In this document: in pieces, positions 38,127-51,660 of the stretch
How positions within the stretch are numbered: the stretch's first letter is position 1
Layout: the number at the start of each line of letters is the position of its first letter
Source: Octopus sinensis
Taxonomy: Eukaryota
NCBI RefSeq assembly: GCF_006345805.1
Contig: NC_042997.1
Coordinates: 69,564,001 to 69,628,000 of the forward strand
Length of the DNA stretch: 64,000 nucleotides
Reading direction: 5' to 3'
The notes under the pieces: model-generated
Database searches by the model: none
What the model saw: only the letters and a program-made list of their open reading frames with translations
Told to the model about the DNA's origin: nothing
Position numbers and translations under genes: made by a program

Positions 38127-39741
38127 GAAGACCAACCGTATATCGAGAAAAGGAGTGTCACCCTCCTAGTGCTTCTTGTGTCGTGTGGTTCTCCCACCAT
38201 GTCTATTTTGCTGGGTTCCTCTGGTAACTCCCTTAAAAGCCATCTGCTGGCCGTTACCTTGGGAGATCCAATGTCATACGGGTAGCTCCGCTTAATGCTC
38301 GTATGAGTCTATACGAATGTCATTCACGCAATCATTAGGCTCTCCGGTACTCTAAAAGTGTTGGGGCTGCAGATGCCCACTCAGTTTCAATGTTCTCGTT
38401 TTGTGCTATGAGAGCCATAAGCTTTTCATTGGCCCTCCTCACTAGCACAAAATCCCGCTCCTGCGCGGATGGTTGCTGTTGTTGTAGTGACATTTTTCTT
38501 ATTAAAATTTGTTGTGTTCTGTTGTGGATGTTTGCGATGCTGTTGGTGATTATGGTGCTTATAGTGTTGGTGTTGTCATCAGTGTGCCTGTATTTGCCAT
38601 TTCTTGGATTTCTCCCTTTTTTCTGTCTCTTGTTTTTTTTTTTAGCTTTTAGGTTTCCCCCTCATCATCACTTGGATGCGTGGGGGAGTCCCTGTCTTTT
38701 ATGTTTCTTCAGGTGTTGTTTGTTCTGTTTCTCTTACAGTTGTTTTTGTTGCACCTGCTACGGTAGCTTCCGCCATTGCTGTTTGTGCTACTCCCACAGC
38801 CATCTTTACTGTAACACCTGCCTGTTTTGTCTCCTTGGCTTCGATTTCTGTATCTATCTCCCTGTCTTTCTATTGTTGTTGTTCTTCTTCTTTTTGTCGA
38901 CACATGGATTGTGGTGCTTTCATTTGGACATTTCTTTCTGCCCTTCTCTTCTGGCTCTATGGGCAGAAAAACCGTAAGCGGCCCGTAGAACCACAATCGT
39001 TACACCTAGGCTTTCTGCCCTCCACGTTCACCCTTAGTTCTACTCCATTCGAGATGGAAATGAGGTCTGGGACTTTCTCTAACTGCTCTGGCTTCATGTG
39101 GAGAAGAACCTACAAGTTAGTCCCAACCCAATTCTCCCTCTTCGAGCTTTTAATATCCAAGATATTCTCTTCCCCGTCCGTACGAATACAGGCGAGAATT
39201 AACCATAAATCCAAGACTGGTGGGACACTTGGCGCCATAATTCATACCGCCCTTCTTCCTATGTACGTTGGAAAGAGTGTAATTTCCTCGGGGCGAAGAG
39301 TAGCCACCGAGCTCTCAATCGCCTGCCCCACGGTCTTAAAAAGGATCTCTACTCCACCGTACTTGCTTGCTCTCGCAGTGTGGTGGATATCCTGCCATAT
39401 GTCTTTCAAGGTTTTTCCCACCTGGTCGCGTTTAGCATTTTTGAATTTCTTTGTCGTCGTGTTCACGCACCTGTACACAACTGTCCGTTTGGCTGTTGCT
39501 TCAAGCACATCGCTTGGAGGCATTAATTCTACCCTCCTTCCATCCATTTTCATATATTTTGCTGCTTTGTTTAGTTTTTCTATTTTGTTTTCCAATTAGA
39601 TGTTAACCAATTCCATAGCTGCAAAAGCAGCTGGCTTGCAAAACGATTTAAACAACAAAATACAGTATAGAACTTTTTAAACAGGTGAATTAGCCATAAA
39701 CTTACAGCGCTCCAAAAAACACCTCCGCTATGGTGACCAAC
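38127..39741 (-). mobile_element. Tx1/L1-like LINE 5' part (5' UTR plus ORF1), different subfamily
   Basis: ORF 39242-39595 ...LFPTYIGRRAV* continues WLILACI...LLHMKPE...VEGRKPRCNDCGSTGRLRFFCP (degenerate CCHC knuckle). It aligns with the ORF1 of the plus-strand element. Confidence 0.75.
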
Positions 39742-39768
39742 AATATAATAATAATAATAATAATAATA

Positions 39769-39803
<35 letters not shown>

Positions 39804-39813
39804 TAATAAATAA

Positions 39814-40293
39814 TGTTTTGTCTTGGTATAAAAGATGGGCTACAGCAAATATTCTGCTCAATACCACAGATTGCTTGTCAGTTGTTTGACCTTAACCAGT
39901 TGAGCATGTCCCTTAGTGGCTGACGATATGTGCATCTCTGATCACGAGCAGAAGTAGTGGGGGAGCATCATAGCCATGTGTTGAGAGGGATTCTTTGGGG
40001 TTTGAATAGTTCACCTCTGGAAACATGGGTGGTTCTTTCAACATCCTTAAACAACCCTTATTCAGGGACCGTTTGAGCGGGATGGGCTACTCAACCTGAA
40101 GAAAATTCTAACTGGGCCCCACCTGCAAGGTCATGTGCTGTTTATCTTGATATGAGATCACCATGTCGCGCACATATGGTTGTGATGCATGTGCCTGGTG
40201 TACCTTTATCAGACGGGTAGTCATGATGGGTATATTGGGCTTCGTATATTTTACCCCAGTGTCACTTTGATGGCATGAACTGCTCTCTCACTC
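39814..40293 (+). mobile_element. Non-coding retroposon, copy 3 (5'-truncated)
   Basis: Near-identical to 32930-33408, with (AAT)n on both sides. Confidence 0.82.
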
Positions 40294-40303
40294 AATAATA
40301 ATA

Positions 40304-40382
<79 letters not shown>

Positions 40383-41420
40383 ATTATCATTATTATTATT
40401 CATTCTTTTATTATCATTATTATTATTCATTCTTTTATTAATATTATTATTATTATTATTATTATTATTATCATTATTATTATTCATTCTTTTATTATTA
40501 TCATTATTATTATCATTCATTAAAGGACATGCAACAACATAAACGACAAAAACGGGACGATACATATTTTCTGCGTATAAATAACAATTTATATTGAGCA
40601 ATTTGCAACTCCCAATAAGGGACGCGCTTTAAGGTCTTCGTGGAAAAACCCATAAAAGCCACGGGTGCCTGATCAGCAGGGCAAGAGCCCTTCTTTAATT
40701 CCCTTTTTACAGGTACACGCTCAGAATTGGTCTTTTCACACTGGATATTCTTCCAACATTCACCCACCTTTCAACAAACTTGTCACAAGGCAACACTTTC
40801 CTCTCCACCCTCATCTTCCTTTTCAAGTGAAACTTGGAAAAGTTGATGAGGGCTTGGCCAACGAAGAAAGTGTTTGTCTTTAACCTTTCAAACGGGCCCA
40901 CCATACTACCGCTTTCGCTACAGCCACTAGACAAATAGAAATTGGCTGCCCCACCCGGCCAAAAGAGGGCAGCGGGGCAATCTTCACAATGGATTCAGCT
41001 GATAGCCGGATCCGTCTTAAGTGCGACAACAGGTGTTCGATATAAACCTGCAGGTCAGCAATACTTGGGCACTGGACTAGGGCGTGCAGAACGGTTTCAT
41101 CGCTCTGGGCGCACTTTCGAGCAGGCCCGGCTGACGGCACTTCCATGCCTGTAGAGTTTATGTCGTACAAGCAGCACTCCTCGGTAGCACTGCCAGGCAA
41201 GGGATTTCTGGAAGTTATCCATTGGTCCAGGCCCGAAAGTTCTCCGAAACAGACCGGTTAGTTGATCTTCATCGATTCCCAGAGTTTTCCCGAGAACGTT
41301 GCACTTTCCCTCCACTAGCCCTCTATAGAATGCTAGAGTGGAACCCTAACTGACCGCATTGTCCGCCTGTAGGAGGGCTGTGAGCGCTTAACGGCACTCG
41401 AGGTGCCAAGCGCCCCTCCT
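40304..41420 (-). mobile_element. Tx1/L1-like LINE 3' part: zinc-finger end of ORF2, 3' UTR and (AAT)-based tail
   Basis: LAWQCYRG..., KCAQSDETVLHALVQCP (zf-RVT-like), VAVAKAVVWW, KFHLKRKMRVER...YL* (stop near 40707). The tail runs from about 40520 to 40304. Confidence 0.8.
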
Positions 41421-42361
41421 CATTTTACTTCCCTACAATATGTTTTAACTCCAAAATGCCTCAACTTATTCATTTACACTCTGATGCATTCTTACCGAAT
41501 ACTCATGCCTTCATTCAACTTTGATGGAAACTTCTCCTACCATGGATATTCTATTGTGTAACATCTACATGAATTTTACAGCGAGAAAGGGACACATTAG
41601 AGCAGTTGCATCAAACTCCCTCATTCACCAGACAGAAAGCAGAGAGCGAAGGTTGAATTGGCTTTGATGAATAAGCCCCAGTATGGGCACAATCCACTGA
41701 TAGGAAGGAGAAAAAAATTAGATATGTATATGTGTATATATGTTTCTCGATTTGTAATCATGTATATGTTTAGAGAACTTTAGTTCAACGTTTTGTATTT
41801 TGATCCAGAGAGGAAACACTCTTAAGATTAAGTATCTCGGTGTACGAACAGGCAAGAACCACTTGTGTATATATGTTTTCTTTATTTTTTTACACTGCTT
41901 TTATTCTTAGTATTGCCGGTTTTTTTTCTTTTTGTCGTTGAGCATTTCTAGTAGACATTGCGAAAGAAAATTTTCAAACCGGTAGTTGGGGACTAGTGGT
42001 GGTAGTGAGGATGGCTGAGTTGGGTAGTTAGGGTATGAGTAGTAGGGTACTATATCAGTGGTGATGGTTAGCTGTTGTTAGTACTGGTAGTGGATACCGG
42101 TGGTGTAGCAAGGTAGAGGTGCTGCTACTGCTAACGATGATGATGGTGCTGGTGATGGGGTGGTAAAGATTATATCCTTGGTACAAGTATTTGCTGGGGT
42201 GGCGATGATGAGGAGGGGAAGAGGAGAAGAAAGAGGATGAGGAGGAAAAAGAGGAGGAGTAAGACTAAGAGCAGTAAAAAGGGGAGGAGGTAGAAAGAGT
42301 AGAGCGATTGTAGTAGGGAAATGATCCGAAGTGAATACAGATGATGATAGTCCTAATGCAG

Positions 42362-42362
42362 C

Positions 42363-42429
<67 letters not shown>

Positions 42430-42480
42430 GTCTGTCTGTCTGTCTGTCTGCCTATCTATCTATCTGTCTATTTATCTATG
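42362..42480. repeat. (CTAT)n/(CTGT)n microsatellite
   Basis: Directly visible. Confidence 0.95.
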
Positions 42481-42569
42481 TGTGTGTGTGTGAGAGAGAG
42501 AGAATTATGTATATTACATATGTCTATATATAAATATATATACAGAGAGAGAAGGTGAGAGAGAGAGTG

Positions 42570-42640
42570 GGGTGCAGGCGTAACTATATGGTAAGAAAGT
42601 TTCTTTCTAGCCACACAGTTCCGAGTTCAATCCCACTGCC
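42570..42640 (+). mobile_element. SINE family A head fragment
   Basis: GGTGCAGGCGTAACTATATGGTAAG...GTTCCGAGTTCAATCCCACTGC. Confidence 0.6.
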
Positions 42641-44520
42641 ACGGAAACCGCATAGTTACTTATTACTAATTTTCTTTCAATAAGCACGAATTGAGCCGAA
42701 GTGATCATGCGAGATATTCTTGTTAAATAACACCTACGTAATTATATCGTATCAAATGAAGAAGGATTTACTGGACAACAAATTATTTCGGTGCTACTAT
42801 AGAACGATATCTACCATCCATTTTCTACTATAGTGTGATATCTACTATTAATTTTCTAATTTAGTATAATATCTACCAACTGTTGGTAGTATGAATCCTC
42901 TGGATTCAAAGGTTGATCACCACTCAACATTCGACCACGATTATATTTACGACAACCAGCAAACTGAACCTCGTTAATCTGTATAGGACTTTCCTGTGTG
43001 CCAGTCGTTTGACCCCTTGTTTAGTGTGATATTAACACGCTGCAAACTTCACGACGCATATTAAACCAGTCTGTAATAGTATTAGGCGACTTTTCGGATT
43101 TCGTGAATAAAATAGTACACTAATTCTAAAATTTCACCCACACTCAATCTGCTATTGATCTTCCCATGTAAATCGGTATAGTGGAAAAACTGATTTCTTT
43201 CCCGAACTGAGCGATATGCTTGGCACCCTTTTTTCGGACATTTCAATATTGGTCGGAATTCTCCCGTTCTATTCCTCTTACTTTTTTCTTGCGCTTGTCT
43301 TCAGCTTTTATGTCAAGGAGGTACACTTCCTACCTAGTCAATAAGATTGTGCTCTCTCAAAAAGGACACTACTTCATCTTCACTTGAAATTATTTTGTAA
43401 AAGTCTCTGGCCAGCATGGTGTGAACAACTAGATGGGCTAGAATTAACAGCTGAAGGCCGTAATTGGGTTGTTTAGTAGAGTGCATTGTCATTTAAAGTA
43501 GGTCGCAAATAGCAAGGTAGATATCATACTATAGTAAGTAGCAACATTATTTCTTTAATAATATAAAGTGATTTACCCAAAAGTCATGATGGTCACGGCT
43601 AAAATAATTTTAATCATAGATTTGATTAAATCAGAGCGAACCTGCCTCCTAAACAACGACGGTTCCTCCTCAGAAAGCAGGTTCTATAAAATTCTTTCAT
43701 CGTCTAAGATTTTTCATGCAGCTGACATGCAATTATCCAAATAGATTATTAATCGTGTCGATTTCATCAAACGCTGGATGGAGTTGAGAGCATGAAAATT
43801 CATAGACGCAGACTTTTATTTGGGCCAAATCAATAAAAGAAAAAAAGAATCCCAGAAATTTATCATGGTCTGTATCGTCCAGAGACAATTATTAAACTTC
43901 ATGAAAACTGAATGGGTTTGCGCCGGTCAGTTGGAAATCTTAGAATTTACATCTCTTCACGGCATGAAGGTTCTTAATGTTTGGGCTTGCAGAGTTCGTC
44001 AGGAGGCGGGCTACAAAATGGTTGAAATTAAAACTGCATGATGGAACGAATATCTCGGCACACTGAATTTGTTTCACTGGACATTATTCTTTTCTATTCA
44101 TTCAATAACTGCCAAGAACGCGATTCAGTGTCTCATTTTCTCACCGTCTTCCATTACTCTCCGAAACTCCCTCATTTTGTTTCTTTCTGTTTCTCGCCAT
44201 ATTCCTCTCTCTCTCTCTCTCTCTCTCTCTCCCTTTCTTTTTAGTGTCGCTTCTGCTTGGATTATCATGTCAACCATTCCACAATTATACGATGTTGCCG
44301 ATTTATGCATTTTACACAAATATCAATCCAGATTGTTGGTTTTTGCAATTGTAACTCTAAAAGTACATATATGTATCCATTATGCAAACATATATATGTG
44401 TGTGTATGTGTGTGTAATTATGAACGTATATGCTTATAGAAACATACACATATATAGATATATGTTTGTATATGTATGTGTGCGTGCGTGTGAGTGTATA
44501 TATGTATATATATATATATA

Positions 44521-44903
44521 CTAGCAGTATCGCCCGGCGTTGCTCGGGTTTGTAAGGGAAATAACTATAAAGCATTTTTAGAGAGTTATAGCCAAAAAAT
44601 AGCCAAAAAATGGGGGAAAAAATGATGGTAAATTTTTTTGATAGTTAAAAAGGTCGAGTTGCGTCCCCTAGACCATCTGTGGTTTGTGTTTCTGATTGTC
44701 GACCCCATGTCGAATTTATCGATCTTTTTCAGAACTGGGGGAGCTTTTCAAAATTTTCGCTGCGTTAGTTTTGAATTATGACATTGGGCTATGTGTGTGT
44801 CAAGTTTCATCAGAATCGGTTGAAAGCCGTGGTCAGGTGAGGGTACAAGCAAACAGACACACAGAAACACACACAGACAAACTGCCGTTTATATAGAGAG
44901 AGA
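44521..44903 (-). mobile_element. Non-autonomous Helitron
   Basis: On the minus strand: A|TCTCTCTCTATATAAA start, then a CCCGAGCAACGCCGGG hairpin, CGATACTG and CTAG|T at 44521. Confidence 0.85.
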
Positions 44904-45248
44904 TACGTACACATTTACATAGGCACAAGCATATATATCACGGTTGTCTTGCTGATTCCTAAATAATTGGCACCATACGGTGACTCGACTCTTGCCAATT
45001 AAATATGCAGCAAAGGATCAAACTAGTTGCTTTTTCTTCGACACGGTTTTACTTTCTTTCGGTAAAGCAAAAAGTCATAAGATATTCTTGCCTGGAAAAT
45101 GTGATCAAACACACACTTATACACGCACACAGGTATACATACACACATGCCCACACACAAACACACACACGCGCGCGAGCGCATACACACACACATGTAT
45201 ACATACACATGTGTACGTGTGTATGTATATGTGTGTGTGTGTGTGTGT

Positions 45249-45290
<42 letters not shown>

Positions 45291-46581
45291 TCTATGTGCG
45301 TATATCTATGAAATATGCAGAAACTATGGAAAGAATATGCTCGGATAGTTTTATCAATACATTTTCTAAAGAAAACAACTTTTTTCATTCATTTATGTAT
45401 GCATAATATATATAGTATATACATATGCAGAATACATACGCACACAAACATATGTGAGTATGTGTATATATATATGTGTGTGTGTATACACACACACAAA
45501 CATGCGCGTATAAGTGTGTGTGTGTGTATGTCTAAGTGTGTGTATGTCTAAGTGTGTGTTGTATATGTGTGTATAAGATCACTTTACTTTTTTTACGTCA
45601 GCTACTTTCTGTTAAATACGGTTCTAAAATATTAAATCAAGTTTAGTTTTATACTAAAAAACTTCCCTCACGTAACTCACACATACAAACATCCCTACAC
45701 CCAACCACCACCACCACAAAAACCCCGTTAGATATACACATATACATGTATGCCTGCATACTTTCCTGTTTGAGTATGCGTAGGACACGTTAGCGTGAGT
45801 TTCTTTCCGAATATGTGCACATGCGTTTGTTTGTCAGTGTGTTTGTCTGTTATGTGTTTATGTATGTTATCAGTTTTTTGTAGTCAAGTGTCTAAAAATT
45901 CTGATATAAGAAAATATGTAAATTCTATTTCTGTTGCTCCACCCTCTATTTAAGTATTTATTTTAAAAACTGCCTAATTAATTTTTCTTGTCATCACCTA
46001 CCTTTGACAGCAATTGTTTGCATACCACCTACAGCGATGAAAGCTAGCCGATGTCTTCTGTCGCTTGACCTGCTAGAAATAGCAGCCAAATTTTCTCCAA
46101 CTCAGCCTTGAAGAAGTAAAAGGACAAAGTTGGGACAACGAAGTCGGAGATATTCGAACAGACAAGTTAGTCATATCTGGAATGCCTTGAATAACAAATT
46201 TTCTCAGTCGTAGTTTAGCTGGGTTTAACATTATCAACAGCACTTACGACAGTATCGGCAGTAACAAAATGACAGAGCTTCTACCAGGTTGCTCCATATG
46301 ACAGAAGTAGCAAGGAAAATTTCCTTATAGACATCCTTGGCCAGTGGAGTCCAAGATGTACTATGACAGAAAATATACGTAACCTTCGCTGGCTGAGTTG
46401 TTACCATCGTAGGTCTTCTTAATTGCAGTTGACTAAACGTCGACTTGGCTCGCAATGCCAGCAGCAACAACAGCAGCAGAAATTGCTACAGCAATAACAG
46501 TACTGTCGGCAACGAACGTTAAAACACTTGAGGGGGTACCTTAACACGCACGCACACATATAAAGACACATATAAAACACA

Positions 46582-46632
<51 letters not shown>

Positions 46633-46799
46633 CACACACACATAGAGCAGATAAGAATTATTATAACCAGCAAACAAGGGGTCTCAACGCGGTTATTCGA
46701 CATGATAAGTGCAAAATAATCCTCTCTCCTTTCCTATACATCATGTTCGGAATAACGCTCAACATGCATATATGCATGCATACATACATACATACATGA

Positions 46800-46855
<56 letters not shown>

Positions 46856-46859
46856 GTAA

Positions 46860-46910
46860 AGTTTTGTGACTGAATTTGGTAGATGGAAACTGAAAGAAGC
46901 ACGTTGTATA

Positions 46911-46951
<41 letters not shown>

Positions 46952-47239
46952 TGACAGAACGAGATAAAATATCCGAGGCATTAAATAGATTACATATCAA
47001 TTATTCTTGATAAATGTTATGAAATCTATTTACTACTTTGGATTTTTTTATCTCATTCTGTCAATTTTTATGTACATGCATACTAATATATGACCCACGC
47101 TGGACTCCTCACTCGTATCATTATCGAGCCTGGAGCTTAACCATGGTCTAGCCATAGCAGTTACTTAGCGTTTACCCGATACCGTTTGGGTCTTCCTGAC
47201 ACCAATACCTTTCATACCCTTGAAGTATATATATACATA

Positions 47240-47272
<33 letters not shown>

Positions 47273-47532
47273 CTATGTATGTATGTATGTATGTATGCAT
47301 GTATGCATGCATGTATGTGTGTATGTATGTATGTATTTGTGTGTCTGTCTTTGGTCACCCCCACTATCGCTTGGCAACCGATGCTGGTGTGTTTACGTCC
47401 CCGTAACTTAGCGGTTCGGCAAAAGAGACTGATAGAATAAGTACTAGACTTACAAAATATAAGTCCTGGGGTCGATTAGTTCGACTAAAGCCAATGCTCC
47501 AGCATAGCCGAAGTCAAAATTACTGAAACAAG
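46860..47532 (+). mobile_element. SINE family A (5'-truncated), split by an insertion in its internal microsatellite
   Basis: TTTGGTAGATGGAAACTGAAAGAAG at about 46876-46900 and the 3' body (GGCAACCGATGCTGG...GGGGTCGATTAG...ACTGAAACAAG) at 47340-47532. Confidence 0.8.
46951..47220 (+). mobile_element. Probable Penelope-like pseudo-LTR fragment with 5' fold-back
   Basis: 47008-47220 is homologous to 13183-13395, and 46951-47003 is an inverted copy of 47010-47064. Confidence 0.55.
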
Positions 47533-47689
47533 AAAATTTCTCAAGCTGCTCCTCCAGAAGGTTCTATCGGAAGCAACTGTCCTTCGTTACGCTTTGTTGC
47601 CGGTTGTTTCGGCTTTGAAGAATCCATCTTGCGATTCTACTCTGCGACATTCTAATGCTAAAACTGGCTGGGCACTCTGTCGGTTACGA

Positions 47690-47968
47690 TGAGTGTTACA
47701 GTTAATTCGATCTACTAAACAGGCTGCTAGTGAAAGTAAAGTGCAAGTGGTTGAGTATTCCACAGACATGCGTGTCCTTGTCATAATTTCAGGGAGATTC
47801 AGCATGAGACACCGAATGTGACATGACTGACCCTTTGAACTATATGTACATGTCATACTTGACCCCGGAGCGGACTGGGGCAACGTAAAATACAGTGTCT
47901 TGCTCAAGGACACAACGCGCTACTTACGATCGTGAACCGAGTACACTAAACACTGAGTCACGCGCCTT
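47690..47968 (-). mobile_element. tRNA-derived SINE (family C/D relative)
   Basis: GAGTATTCCACAGACATG...GGAGATTCAGC...GCAACGTAAAATACAGTGTCTTGCTCAAGGACACAACGCG...TTACGATCGTGA, sharing the head region with 1400-1656. Confidence 0.75.
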
Positions 47969-48763
47969 CACTATTAATAATGCTCAAACCAATAAATAAA
48001 ACTTAAAATTGAAAGCCCGCATGCATATTGACTTTCCTAATATTCTACCAGAAAAATTTTAAATGGTAAAAATAAAGACCTATGATTGCGCACAAGGCCT
48101 CGACTGATTTGAAGTTACGGTAAACCGACATTCCACGCAATGGGATTGAACACGTAATCTAATTATTGCGATGTGTATTTTTTAATCATTCAACCTTTAT
48201 AGGTCCATCAAATAGTTCAGAACTATGTAGCAGTGGATACTATCCACTGATTAAATGTTTAGGGATTGACTGTATTCATAAGCAACACGTCTAATGTGGA
48301 TTTTTTTTCTAACGTGTCTTCAGGATTGCTTTTAGAAACAGTCAGATGTTTTCCTAATCAGAAACTATTGTTGAATAAAAACGTTCGCTTCACTTTTTTT
48401 TCTGATCTAGACAATATTCGTGAAAGGACAGAAAAACACTTTTAATGAGATGTTATGAATACTTTTAAGTAGCGAGATCAAAGAGAAACATCATTGAAAT
48501 CCAAAACCTCTGAAGGAGACTTACACAGTTCGTGGTAACGATCAGTGGCGATCATTCAGTTCAATGAGCTGTATAACATAATATGAGGTAGTATTTATAA
48601 ACTATAAGTAACCAACCATATATATTGGATATTCATCTGGATCTATGTAAAAAAATTACTTTTTAAAAAAGTTTGGAGTCGTTTAAAGAAGAAAAAATTA
48701 GAAAAACAACTTCAGAAGAGTTCAAATTGTCACAGTATTCCAATTCGAGTTGCTGGTGCCAGC

Positions 48764-48853
<90 letters not shown>

Positions 48854-48874
48854 TATGTATGTATGTATGTATGC

Positions 48875-48907
<33 letters not shown>

Positions 48908-48932
48908 TGTATGTATGTATGTATGTATGTAC

Positions 48933-48968
<36 letters not shown>

Positions 48969-48980
48969 CGTATATATATT

Positions 48981-49399
48981 CTTTTACTTGTTTCAGTCAT
49001 TTACCGCGGCCATACCGGGCACGCCTTGAAGGGTTTTAGTCGAACAGATCGACCCCAGACTTATTTTTTAAAGCCTAATATTTATTCTATTCTGTCGGTT
49101 ATCTTTTGCTGAAGCTCTACTTTACGATGATATAAACTCACCAACGCCGGTTGTCAAGCGGTTATGGTGGGGAGGGGATGGGGGACAAATACAGCCACAA
49201 AGGCACATACACATAAACATATACATTCATATATATGTTGGGCTTCTTTCAGTTTTCGTCTACCATATCCACTCACAAGGGTTTGGTCGGCCCGAGGCTA
49301 TAACAGAAGACAGTTGTCCAAGGTGCCACGCAGTGGGACTGAACCTGGAGCCATGTGGTTAGGAAGCAAGCTTCTTACCACAAAGCTACGCATGCGCCT
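48981..49399 (-). mobile_element. SINE family A, full length
   Basis: Reverse complement of 5582-6004 throughout. Confidence 0.9.
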
Positions 49400-49406
49400 A
49401 CATATG

Positions 49407-49488
<82 letters not shown>

Positions 49489-49527
49489 TAAATGCGCCCT
49501 ATTTAAAGCCTATTCTAAAGCGTATGT

Positions 49528-49708
49528 ATTCCCCAGCTGGACGGGACACCAGTCCATTGCAGCGTTACTCATTTTTGCCAGCTGAGTGGACTGGAGCAAC
49601 GTGAAAGGAAGTGTTTTGCTCAAGAACACAACGCGTTGCCTGGTCCAGGAATCGAAACCACAATCTTACGATCATGATGCTGATACTCTAAACACTAAGC
49701 CACGCGCA
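49528..49708 (-). mobile_element. tRNA-derived SINE family C/D
   Basis: Near-identical to 1480-1650. Confidence 0.85.
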
Positions 49709-49763
<55 letters not shown>

Positions 49764-50192
49764 TATATATACATGCACACGCACATATAAACTTACATAC
49801 GTGCACATACATATATAGGCTGCGTGCCTTTGTATATACATTTTATCGTTTGAAGCTGTTAAATTTGTTCCACTTTGTAAGATTTACTTTCTACAACATT
49901 CGACACGAGCTGGACAATAAATATAGGCCAACCAAAAATGAGGACACGCCTACCATTATCGCCAAAAGATCCTCCAATTGCTACCTTATCTGAAGGTGTC
50001 GTGTGTTAACCATACCAACATGGACTAGACTAATAAAGAATGAAGTAACAACAAAATAAAGATTACCATCTTACGATTGCTACCACAAACGGTCATTTAT
50101 AGAACAACATTAAAGTAGCAACCAAATTCATCTAAAACCGATCAGATGTTATTTTGGATGACAAACAAAGGCTAGGAGTCCTTCACTCCCAA

Positions 50193-50344
50193 CTCTCTCA
50201 GTTTCCGTCGACCAAATCCACTCACAATGCTTTGGTCGGCCCGAGGTTATAATAGAAGACACTTGCCCAAGGGGCCACGCAGTGGGACTGAAACCGGAAC
50301 CATGTGCTTGGTAAGCAAGCTACTTACTACACAGCCACTCCTGC
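50193..50344 (-). mobile_element. SINE family A, 5' half
   Basis: CAGTTTCCGTCGACCAAATCCACTCAC...GCCACGCAGTGGGACTGAAACC...CACAGCCACTCCTGC. Confidence 0.88.
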
Positions 50345-50393
50345 TGATGAGGAGAAGTACAAATAAACATGCATATATGTGTATGTACGTATG

Positions 50394-50449
<56 letters not shown>

Positions 50450-50583
50450 TTTATCCATCAATCTGTCTACCTGTATATAAATATTGTCTTTCATTTATAT
50501 CATTTGATATCCTATCACCTATGCTACTAGCTGGCATATACAGTGCTTACATTTATCAGTATTCACCCTGAATTTATTGTACC

Positions 50584-50616
<33 letters not shown>

Positions 50617-51506
50617 AGAAAATGGAGAAACAAATTCATTGAATGAAATGATTTGTTTCTCCATTTTCTTATTTGTATTATGAATTTACAGTAAAAATAT
50701 TTTTTACCTCCACCCATTTAGAATAATAAAAGAATTAATTGCATTACAATTAAAAGCATTTATGTATTAAGAAGTTGGGTACTTTACCAGCAGTATATTG
50801 GATAACTGATATCCCATAGTGGGTTACATTCATAACCCCTATCTTACTTTGTACTATGTGTGTGTGTGTGTGTGTGTGCGTGTATAAATAAATACATACA
50901 ATATATATATATACACACACACATACATATATTTGTATGTATGTATGCATGTGTGTATGCATGTATGTATATATATGTAGGCAACCGAGTATGTGGCTGA
51001 TCAAAATAAGCGCTAACACACTAACCCGGAAGAAAGTATATATATCCATATATGGTACATATAGGTAAGCACAAATACACAGACATTTAGGGCAGAGACA
51101 GAGAATAGAAATAGAAGCAAAATGAAACCAGTAACTTGATAATGTTGTCTCTGAACAGGAACTGACGTCAATCGTTAGGTCGTTGGTTACGCCATGGGAA
51201 ACCATAAATTTCCTTAATTTTATGCAGCCACAGTGAATAGGAGCAAAACACTTCAGTCTTCGAACTGCAAACAGAAGAAACAAAAACTTCTTTCTTTCAT
51301 GTTCCTCATTAAATGCATACATACATACATACATTCGATATATACATATGTATTTGTATGTCAGTATGATTTTTTGTGTGCGTGTGAGTTTGTGTGTGTA
51401 TGTACTTTTAAGTATGTATGTATATATATGTATGTGTGTGTGTTGGTGATGTCCCTACTTGATGTATTTTATATTTATTTATATACATATATATGTATGT
51501 ATATAC

Positions 51507-51539
<33 letters not shown>

Positions 51540-51623
51540 TATATATATATATATATACATACATACATACGTACGTACATGCATAACTACATACATACAT
51601 ACATACATACATACATACATACA

Positions 51624-51654
<31 letters not shown>

Positions 51655-51660
<6 letters not shown>

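Noticed and set aside
36190-41420. Twin priming as the cause of the Tx1-like arrangement
   Set aside because: The geometry is wrong: the inverted part would have to lie upstream of the tailed fragment (above 41420), and unrelated elements lie in between.
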